A DNA stretch of 25,404 bases, from the NCBI GenBank assembly GCA_949287785.1, contig CASEHR010000094.1:1-25404 (forward strand), read 5' to 3'. A program made the position numbers and the translations under genes. Positions 7,773 to 15,155 of the stretch are shown here, piece after piece. The notes under the pieces were generated by a model. It did no database searches. It was not told the origin of the DNA and worked only from the letters and a program-made list of their open reading frames with translations. Within the stretch, counting starts at the first letter, position 1. The number at the start of each line of letters is the position of its first letter. This stretch comes from an uncultured Bacillota bacterium. Its GTDB lineage: Bacteria > Bacillota_I > Bacilli_A > Erysipelotrichales > Erysipelotrichaceae.

Positions 7773-7889
7773 CTAATGTTTTAAGAAAGCGTATTTTAAT
7801 GATCATTTGTTTTGATATGTAAAAGATCAAGCTGCTCAAAAGACGTGCTTTTGCGAACTGGATCAATCGATACATGGTATCCATAAACT

Positions 7890-7926
7890 AAAAAGATGCA
7901 AGGAATGAAAAGCCCTGCATCTTTTT
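7890..7926. terminator. Terminator after the giant coiled-coil gene (potentially bidirectional)
   Basis: AAAAAGATGCA(AGG)...(CCC)TGCATCTTTTT inverted repeat starting 2 nt after the TGA at 7929. Confidence 0.8.
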
Positions 7927-7928
7927 GA

Positions 7929-10900
7929 TCAGCGTTTGAAGAAACTGTGCTTGGTATTTACCTTGTCGATAACGATCTTATAATCATCAAGGATCGCCCG
8001 ATAATCAGCTTTGAATTTATCGCCGCTTTTTATATAGCTGTCCTTGGCTTTGTTATAAGCTTCCCTGGCTTTCAAGATCTCTTCGTTGACCGTTTTAGCT
8101 CGCTTGGTAAGTTCTTTTCTTTCTTCAGCGAGCTTGGCTATCTTGTCTTCGCTTTCCTTCTTGTAGCGTTCGATCTTAGCTTCTTCGTTTTTCATAAGCT
8201 CGGCAACTCTATTTTGATAATCAGCTTCCAACAACTTCAGATCATCGCGTTTCGTCGCCAGTTCTTTATTGAGATCGTCGTTAAGTCTATTGATGTCAAG
8301 CTGGCGATTACTGTTCTTGTCTTCTTCGACTAAGATCAGGGCATCGTACTCGTTTTTAAGAGCATTGCGACGTTCTTCTATCGTCTGTTTCGACATATTG
8401 AAATAAGTCATCAGCTCATCGACTTTGTTTCTGTAGGCATCCTTGATGACATTTTCCTGCTCCAGGATCTTCAGAACCATCGCATCGAGACTTTCGGTAT
8501 ACTCTTTGACCTTGGCCTCGTGTTCCCTGCGTTTATCATCGATAGCCTCTTCGTGATCGACCTTGGCCTTTTTTAAAGCTTTCTTATGTTCACTTATCAA
8601 ATTGGTCTTCTGTAAGTCGAGATCTTCGATAACTTTATAAACACTGTCGATCTTGGCGCTGTGATCGGCTTTTAAGGCACTTATCAGTCTCTCACAATCC
8701 GCAAGTTCACTACTATAAGCTTCCTTGCTCTTTTCGATCTGTCGCTTGACGACGGCAAGATCATTTTCAAGATCTTCAAGATCCTTTTTGTAACTGATGT
8801 CTGCCATGTCACGATCCTGGGTAAGCTTGACGATTTCATCACGAAGTGATGCGTTATGATCACTCAAAGCTTTGATCCGATCAGCAGTTGCCTTTCTCAG
8901 ATCCGCCAGCTCATTCTGATAAAGACGGCGTGTATTTAGATAGTTAGTATCAAGTTCACGGTGCTTTTGATCATACTCATCCTTAAGATCGCTTATTTCT
9001 TTATTCATCTTTTCATCGAGATCACGGTATTGACGATCAAGGTCGCTGTTTAGGCGTTTCAGATCGAATAAGCGTTCTTCCAGATCCTTACGCAAACGCT
9101 CATTGGCGTCATTTAGTTTACCGATATCAGCATTGACTTTAGCTTCTTTAGCCTTGTATTCGATCAGGAGGTCTTCTTCCTTGCGGGCGAGACTGGCTTC
9201 ATGATCGTTCTTTTTCTTTTCGATATCCTGAAGCAAGACGAAGCGCGCATCGTTATTAGTTGCGATGATGTCCTGCAAGTCCTTGGTATAGATCGCCTTC
9301 TTCTGGGTCAGCTCATCATTGAGCTTGGCGACATAAGCCTCGTATTCCCTGTTCTTCTCTTCAGCTTTTTCTTCGATCTGTTTATAAGCATCTTCGAGTT
9401 CTTTTGCGACAACCTCTTTTTCACTTACCTTCGCAGCGATCTTTTGACCATACTCCTTATCGAGCAGCGATCTTTCATGGTCAGCCTTGGCGATGTCCTC
9501 CTTTTTAGCGCGGATCCTGGCATCATAATCGCTTACGAGCCTTGTATACGCCAAGCGTTTTTCTTCGATCGCCGATGTCAGCTCTTTCAGTGTCTTATCT
9601 TCGTTTTCCCTATCGGTGATCTCTTGATTCTTCAGATCCTCGGTTTCTTTGATAAAATCGTCTTTTAGAGCTTTGATCTTATCATCATATTCACTTACCA
9701 TCGTGCTCAGTCTGCCATCGGCATCTTTGAGCTTCATCTCGTTTTCATCTTTGAGTCTGGCAAGCTCATCTTTTTTCGCTTCATTGATCTTCAGTAATTC
9801 GTTGTATTCCTTTTCATGATCCTTCTGGATCACTTCACGCTCATTTTTCAGGCGCTCTTCCTCTTTGGCAAATTCCTCATCTTTCAATACCAGGCGGTCT
9901 TCGTGCTCCTTGATGATACCGGCAAACACCTCATCACGTGCGCCGATCTTCTCATTCAGATCCTTTTCGATCGCCAAACGTTCCTTTTCGTAAGAACTGT
10001 TCAACTCATCGATCGATTTCTGATGGACTGATTCAAGATCAGCCAGCTCTTTATCGTGAGCGTCTTTGAATGTCTCTTTTCTTTTTGCAAATTCGGTTTC
10101 AGACTCTGCCGCTTCACTTTCTACCTGAGTGATCTTCGCTTTGGTAGCTTCGATCTCAGCGTTGATATTGGCAATGACCTCTTCGTGGTTTTTAGCTCTG
10201 GTCTCCTTAGCTTCTTTTAAAGCCGCCAACTGCGCTTCAAAAGTCGCCAGCTCTTTAGTGTAGTAGAGATCTTTCATCTCCACCTCTTTAGCTAAAGCGA
10301 TATTCTCGGCATTTAAAGCTTCACGTTCCTTTTCAAAAGCATCGCGGTGTTCAACGGTGGCGTTTTTGATCGCATCGATCTTGGCATCGTACTCTTCTTT
10401 TAATTTCTGGATCGTTCGCTTGAAGTTGAGATCTTCATCGGTCAGACGCTGATTGAGCGACATCATCTTGATCTCGTGTTTTTGCATATCCGAGTCGATC
10501 TCATCCTGCAGGATCATATTGGCCTTGCGCAAACTGCTCAACTTATCCTGATACTCACCCTTGAGGGCGTCATAATGTGCTCTTATCTCTTTTGTCTTTG
10601 TCAGATAGCGTCTTTGGTTCATCCGATAATCGGCATTGAGCCTTGAGATCTCTTTTTCCTTGTCGATGACCAGGGAATCTTTCATCTCGACATATCTTTC
10701 CCGCATCTCTTCAAGCGCCTGCCGTAAAGTCGATTCTTCCGTCGCCTTCCCAGCTTCGTGCTTGGCGATAACGTCTTGTTTTTTGTTGTCGAGAGCCGTA
10801 GTCAGATCGTCGATCTCTTTTTGTGCGTTGATCTTATAGGACGCCAGCTCATTTTCTTTTTTAGCCAGGATATCCTTCAACGTCATCAGCTCATCATTGG

Positions 10901-11858
10901 CTTTCTTTTCCGTTTCCTGCAATTGTCTGTTTTCAAGCTCGATGACTTCGTTTTCCTGATCGTATTTTTTATTGAGAGAATCTTTAGTCTTTTCAAAATC
11001 ACTAAGCGCATTGTTGTATGAGTTAGTCAATTCCGTCTTGCGCTTGGTGAGTTCCAATAATTCACTCTTTTGTCTTTCCAGTTCGTTGTCAAATTCTCTC
11101 TTCATCTTCTCGTATTCCTCATTCAGGTCACTTTTTGATTTAGCGATCTGATCGCCATGATCCTGTGCTTGTTCATCGATCTTACTTTCGATCGCAGCCT
11201 CTTTTGTGCGATGACTGTCTCTGATCGTTGCGCTCTTGTTAGTCAGCGCATCTTTACGTACACTTTCTTCTTCGATCAGTTTATTGTAATTATCGATCAT
11301 CTGTGCTTCTTCGCTTTTTACTTCTTCTTCGATCTTTTTGTACTCACCGCTCAGACGCTTGAGATTCTCTTCGATCGTATCCAGAGTTTTTTTCGCCTCG
11401 GCCATGATCCTTGTTTCCTCTTTATCGTATATTACTTTCAGATCATTGGTCTTTTCATCAAAGTCCTTCTTGAGAGCGACGATCTCCTTATCGTTGCTGC
11501 CTTTGATTTTGGCTAATTCCGAATCAGCTCGCTTTTCGATATCCGCCTTGATCATAGCTATCCGTCTTTTCTCGGCGTCGAGTTCTTCATTGACCTTTTC
11601 GATCGCTTTTTTGATCGTGTCACTTTCCTTTTTCAGTTCGGCTACTTCTTCCTTTATGATGACTTTATCATCTTCAAGATAAGCCCTCGCTTCATCGACA
11701 CCGGTCTTGCGCTTTTTTTCATAAGCCTCTTTTTGCATATCAAAAGAGGCCAAGTCATTCTCTAACCTGGCTATATCGAGTTTTATGGCATCGATATTGG
11801 CGCTGATCTCCTCAGCGCTCAGCTTATCGATCTTCTTCCTGTATAGAAAATCTAACAT
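7929..11858 (-). CDS. Hypothetical 1309-aa, almost entirely coiled-coil cytoplasmic protein
   Basis: Long ORF with SD GGAGG (11862-11866) and its own terminator. E/K/D/A/L-rich. By eye I found no Pro and no Trp. No signal peptide, TM segment, Walker A motif or globular domain. Confidence 0.9.
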   Translation of the reverse strand: MLDFLYRKKIDKLSAEEISANIDAIKLDIARLENDLASFDMQKEAYEKKRKTGVDEARAYLEDDKVIIKEEVAELKKESDTIKKAIEKVNEELDAEKRRIAMIKADIEKRADSELAKIKGSNDKEIVALKKDFDEKTNDLKVIYDKEETRIMAEAKKTLDTIEENLKRLSGEYKKIEEEVKSEEAQMIDNYNKLIEEESVRKDALTNKSATIRDSHRTKEAAIESKIDEQAQDHGDQIAKSKSDLNEEYEKMKREFDNELERQKSELLELTKRKTELTNSYNNALSDFEKTKDSLNKKYDQENEVIELENRQLQETEKKANDELMTLKDILAKKENELASYKINAQKEIDDLTTALDNKKQDVIAKHEAGKATEESTLRQALEEMRERYVEMKDSLVIDKEKEISRLNADYRMNQRRYLTKTKEIRAHYDALKGEYQDKLSSLRKANMILQDEIDSDMQKHEIKMMSLNQRLTDEDLNFKRTIQKLKEEYDAKIDAIKNATVEHRDAFEKEREALNAENIALAKEVEMKDLYYTKELATFEAQLAALKEAKETRAKNHEEVIANINAEIEATKAKITQVESEAAESETEFAKRKETFKDAHDKELADLESVHQKSIDELNSSYEKERLAIEKDLNEKIGARDEVFAGIIKEHEDRLVLKDEEFAKEEERLKNEREVIQKDHEKEYNELLKINEAKKDELARLKDENEMKLKDADGRLSTMVSEYDDKIKALKDDFIKETEDLKNQEITDRENEDKTLKELTSAIEEKRLAYTRLVSDYDARIRAKKEDIAKADHERSLLDKEYGQKIAAKVSEKEVVAKELEDAYKQIEEKAEEKNREYEAYVAKLNDELTQKKAIYTKDLQDIIATNNDARFVLLQDIEKKKNDHEASLARKEEDLLIEYKAKEAKVNADIGKLNDANERLRKDLEERLFDLKRLNSDLDRQYRDLDEKMNKEISDLKDEYDQKHRELDTNYLNTRRLYQNELADLRKATADRIKALSDHNASLRDEIVKLTQDRDMADISYKKDLEDLENDLAVVKRQIEKSKEAYSSELADCERLISALKADHSAKIDSVYKVIEDLDLQKTNLISEHKKALKKAKVDHEEAIDDKRREHEAKVKEYTESLDAMVLKILEQENVIKDAYRNKVDELMTYFNMSKQTIEERRNALKNEYDALILVEEDKNSNRQLDINRLNDDLNKELATKRDDLKLLEADYQNRVAELMKNEEAKIERYKKESEDKIAKLAEERKELTKRAKTVNEEILKAREAYNKAKDSYIKSGDKFKADYRAILDDYKIVIDKVNTKHSFFKR

Positions 11859-11884
11859 GGACCTCCATCAAGTATATGATAGCA

Positions 11885-13627
11885 CTATTCAGCTATCTTG
11901 ATCTTTAAATCGTCTAGTTGTGCCTGGTCGACGGTGTTTGGTGCTTCGCTCATCAGACACATCGCACTGGCTGTCTTCGGGAAAGCAACGACATCTTTGA
12001 TGTTGTCGGTTCCGCATAAGATCATGATCAGCCTTTCGACACCGATACCGACACCTAAATGCGGTGGCGCACCATATTCAAAAGCTTCTAGGAAGAAGCC
12101 GAATTTCTCCTGCGCCTGTTCTTTAGAAAGGCCTAGGGCTTCGAAGACTTTTTCTTGCATTTCCTGGTCATGGATCCTGACCGATCCCGAAAGAAGCTCA
12201 TAGCCGTTCAATACGAGATCATATGCCCTTGAATAGCAATTGCCCTTATCGGTCAGCAACTTATCGACATCCTCATCATGCGGGGCTGTAAACGGATGGT
12301 GACAGGCAACATAGCTGCCGGTCTCTTTTGAGTATTCAAACATCGGAAAATCGGTGATCCAGGCAAACTTATAGCTTCCTTCATCGATCATTCCCTGATC
12401 ATGAGCGACCTTGTTGCGCAATGCGCCCAAAGCGACATTGGCAATACCCTTTTCATCAGCGACCATCAGGATCAGATCGCCTTCTTCGACCGCCATCTCT
12501 TTGATGAGGCTGTCTTTTTCTTCATCGCTCATAAACTTGGCGATCGGACCGCTGAAAGTTCCGTCGGTATATTTGAGGTAAGCTAAAGCTTTGGCTTTGT
12601 AGATCTTGACGAATTCCGTCAAGTGATCGAGATCTTTCCGTGAGTACTTGCCGGCTGCGCCTTTGACATTGATGCCTTTGATCAAACCGTCGTTTTCGAT
12701 CGTGCCGGCAAAAACACTGAATGATGTAGCTTTGAACACTTCGTTCAGATCATGCAAGCGCATATCGAAGCGAAGATCCGGCTTATCACTGCCATAATAG
12801 CGCATCGCATCGTCATATTTGATCCTGACGAAGTGTTCTTCCAGATCGACACCTTTGATCTCTTTGAAGATCTTGTGCATCAATCCTTCAACGACTTTAA
12901 AAATATCCTCTTCATCAGCGAAACTCATTTCGATATCGATCTGATCAAATTCCGGCTGACGGTCAGCTCTTAAATCTTCATCACGGAAACAGCGGGCGAT
13001 CTGAAAGTCCCGATCCATCCCGCCGATCATGAGCAGCTGCTTATAGATCTGCGGTGATTGCGGCAAAGCGTAAAACTTACCCTTATACAGCCGTGATGGT
13101 ACCAGATAGTCCCGTGCTCCTTCAGGTGTTGATTTTGACAATATCGGCGTTTCCACTTCGACAAAGTCAAGACTGTGCAAGTAATCTCGCGTGATCATCG
13201 TGACCTTATCCCGGATAAGCAGATTCGAAAATATCGGCTTACGACGCAGATCGAGATAACGATATTTCAATCTGACATCTTCCAAAGCATCGGTTTTGTC
13301 GGCGATGATCATCGGTGTTGTCTTGGCGACATTCAGGATCTTAAAGCTCTCCGCCCGGACTTCGATCTCACCGGTCGGAAGATTTTTGTTTGGTACATCC
13401 TTGATGGCGACAGTACCCGTAACCTCTAAAACATACTCATTGCGGATATCTTTGATCGCATCCTGAAAACCTTCATTGAAGGTGATCTGCGTGATCCCGT
13501 AGCGATCTCTCAGATCGATAAAGCAGATCGAACCCAGATTACGCCTTTTGGCGACCCAGCCGCACAAAGTGATTACTTTACCGGCATCTTCTTTTCTCAA
13601 TTCCCCATTGGTATGCGTTCTATTCAT
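11885..13627 (-). CDS. aspS: Aspartate-tRNA ligase
   Basis: GWVAKRRNLG, FIDLRDRYG, TPEGARDYLVPSR, LPQSPQIYKQLLM, FRDEDLRADRQPEF, GAPPHLGVGIG. ATG 13627 has the best SD spacing and overlaps the hisS end. Confidence 0.99.
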   Translation of the reverse strand: MNRTHTNGELRKEDAGKVITLCGWVAKRRNLGSICFIDLRDRYGITQITFNEGFQDAIKDIRNEYVLEVTGTVAIKDVPNKNLPTGEIEVRAESFKILNVAKTTPMIIADKTDALEDVRLKYRYLDLRRKPIFSNLLIRDKVTMITRDYLHSLDFVEVETPILSKSTPEGARDYLVPSRLYKGKFYALPQSPQIYKQLLMIGGMDRDFQIARCFRDEDLRADRQPEFDQIDIEMSFADEEDIFKVVEGLMHKIFKEIKGVDLEEHFVRIKYDDAMRYYGSDKPDLRFDMRLHDLNEVFKATSFSVFAGTIENDGLIKGINVKGAAGKYSRKDLDHLTEFVKIYKAKALAYLKYTDGTFSGPIAKFMSDEEKDSLIKEMAVEEGDLILMVADEKGIANVALGALRNKVAHDQGMIDEGSYKFAWITDFPMFEYSKETGSYVACHHPFTAPHDEDVDKLLTDKGNCYSRAYDLVLNGYELLSGSVRIHDQEMQEKVFEALGLSKEQAQEKFGFFLEAFEYGAPPHLGVGIGVERLIMILCGTDNIKDVVAFPKTASAMCLMSEAPNTVDQAQLDDLKIKIAE

Positions 13628-14894
13628 ATTCATTTCCTCCCAGTTTCCGATCAAGATAAGCAACTAGATCATCCGATTTAACCACTTCTTGATTCTTTGA
13701 TCTATTATCTTTGATATTCACTTTCATATCTCTGATCTCATCTTCACCGATGATGATCGTATATCTCGCCTGATAACGGTCGACCGATTTGAATTGCGAT
13801 TTGAGCGATCGTTTATAGTAATTGACGACGACGCTGAAACCATTTCGCCGCAATATCTCAGCTACCTTCAAAACATATGGATCACCCTCACTCAGATCGA
13901 TGATATATACATCAGGTGTGGTCGTAAGATCAGGAAAAGCGCCGGCTTGTTCGACAGCCATGATCAATCGTTCCTCACCGATCGCAAAGCCGATTCCGGA
14001 CATCGCCGGTCCGCCCATTTCCGCAACGAGGTTATCATAACGACCGCCACCGAAGATAGTGCTTTGTGAGCCTGCTTCTTTATTGGTATTCATGACTTCA
14101 AAGACGGTATCCGTATAATAATCAAGACCTCTGACCATGTGCTCGTCGATCACATACGGTATTTCCAAAGTATCGAGATATTTTAAGACATCTTTGAAAT
14201 ACTCGCTCGCTTCATCATCCAGATAATCTTTGATGGTCGGTGCATTTTTAATCACATCCAGTTCATGATCGATCTTGCAGTCAAGGATCCGCAAAGGATT
14301 CTTATCTAAGCGCATCTGACAATCAGCACACAGCTTGTCAATGTGCGGTCGGAAATAGTCCTTTAAAGCCTCGATATAACGACTCCTTGAAGCATTATTG
14401 CCTAAGGTGTTCAGATGTACCTCGATGTCCTCGATCCCAAGTGTTCTTAAAAAGGTGTAGCCTAATGCGATTACTTCGGCATCGATCATAGCGGACTTTT
14501 CACCCAACACTTCAATACCCAGCTGGTTGAACTGTCTCTGCCGGCCCTTTTGCGGCCTTTCATAGCGGAACATCTCTTCGATATATGCCAGTTTGACCGG
14601 CGCTTCCAATGCATACATCTTGTGCTGGATATAAGCGCGGATTACCCCGGCTGTACCTTCCGGTCTTAACGTCAGGGAATCCTTGCCGTTGATGCTGAAG
14701 GTAAACATCTCCTTAGTGACCATATCGCTGGTATCGTTGTCTTTTTTAAATACCGCTGTATCTTCGATCACCGGCGTCTTGATCATCTTGTAACCATAGA
14801 GATTCATAAAATGGGTAAACAAATCGTTCACATAGGTGAATCTGGCATACTCATCATCCAGGATATCATAAGTTCCTCTGACATTCTGTAACAT
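13620..14894 (-). CDS. hisS: Histidine-tRNA ligase
   Basis: LRPEGTAG, FRYERPQKGRQRQFNQ, VRGLDYYT, GGGRYD, GFAIGEER; SD GGAGG. Confidence 0.99.
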   Translation of the reverse strand: MLQNVRGTYDILDDEYARFTYVNDLFTHFMNLYGYKMIKTPVIEDTAVFKKDNDTSDMVTKEMFTFSINGKDSLTLRPEGTAGVIRAYIQHKMYALEAPVKLAYIEEMFRYERPQKGRQRQFNQLGIEVLGEKSAMIDAEVIALGYTFLRTLGIEDIEVHLNTLGNNASRSRYIEALKDYFRPHIDKLCADCQMRLDKNPLRILDCKIDHELDVIKNAPTIKDYLDDEASEYFKDVLKYLDTLEIPYVIDEHMVRGLDYYTDTVFEVMNTNKEAGSQSTIFGGGRYDNLVAEMGGPAMSGIGFAIGEERLIMAVEQAGAFPDLTTTPDVYIIDLSEGDPYVLKVAEILRRNGFSVVVNYYKRSLKSQFKSVDRYQARYTIIIGEDEIRDMKVNIKDNRSKNQEVVKSDDLVAYLDRKLGGNEYE

Positions 14895-14908
14895 CTAAAA
14901 CCTCCTAA

Positions 14909-15120
14909 AAATAAAAAACGTCCATCTAAGGACGTCATAGCGCGGTACCACCTTAGTTCATGCCTGAAAAGACATGCCCTTTATACTATTAACGCTAGTT
15001 GACGTCTATCCTTTTAAGATAGAACCTAAAGCCGTGTCCGATCTTTTAAATTCTGAAAGACTTGCAGCAACCGTCTTTTCTCTTATTTCCCTTTAAAAAA
15101 TGCCCTCGACCCTAAGGCCT
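14909..15120 (-). ncRNA. T-box riboswitch leader of hisS-aspS (transcription attenuation type)
   Basis: Stem I with AGAGA and GGUUGCUG boxes; specifier region CGGACACG (15033-15040); Stem II CUAUCUU/GGAUAG; IIA/B pseudoknot with GCGUUA; Stem III CAUGUC/GGCAUG; T-box AAGGUGGUACCGCG (14941-14954) with antiterminator AAGG/CCUU and GCG/CGU; terminator ACGUCC/GGACGU plus U-tract. Confidence 0.93.
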
Positions 15121-15131
15121 ACGGGCATTTT
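15095..15131 (-). terminator. rel terminator (overlaps T-box promoter and Stem I)
   Basis: Minus strand AAAATGCCC-GTA-GGCC-TTAG-GGTC-GA-GGGCATTTTTT beginning 4 nt after the rel TAA. Confidence 0.75.
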
Positions 15132-15155
15132 AACATTATTTAAAGACTCTTTCAA
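15127..15155 (-). promoter_or_regulatory. SigA promoter for the hisS-aspS T-box leader, embedded in the rel 3' end
   Basis: TTGAAA (15155-15150), 17 nt, TGt-TAAAAT (15132-15127, extended -10). Predicted +1 is A at 15120, the first base of Stem I. Confidence 0.8.

Noticed and set aside
7741-7884. 47-codon minus-strand ORF (MDTMYRLIQFAKARLLSSLIFYISKQMIIKIRFLKTLVKDRRKVSYN) upstream of the 6S RNA
   Set aside because: It starts right behind a terminator U-tract, has no SD or promoter, and overlaps the 6S promoter. Probably chance, although ribosome profiling could rescue it.
7947-11682. Multiple plus-strand ORFs (70-155 aa) antisense to the coiled-coil gene
   Set aside because: Hydrophobic F/L/S/I-rich shadows of E/K/D codons on the opposite strand; no SDs.
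7929-11858. Interpreting the giant ORF as SMC/SbcC, EzrA or a phage tape-measure protein
   Set aside because: No Walker A/B or signature motifs, no hinge, no N-terminal TM anchor, and no phage genes nearby.
11871-11899. GATAGC/GCTATC hairpin at the aspS stop and a TATACT box before the coiled-coil SD
   Set aside because: No U-tract, so it is not a terminator. No -35 is visible and a TSS here would clip the SD, so I did not call a promoter.
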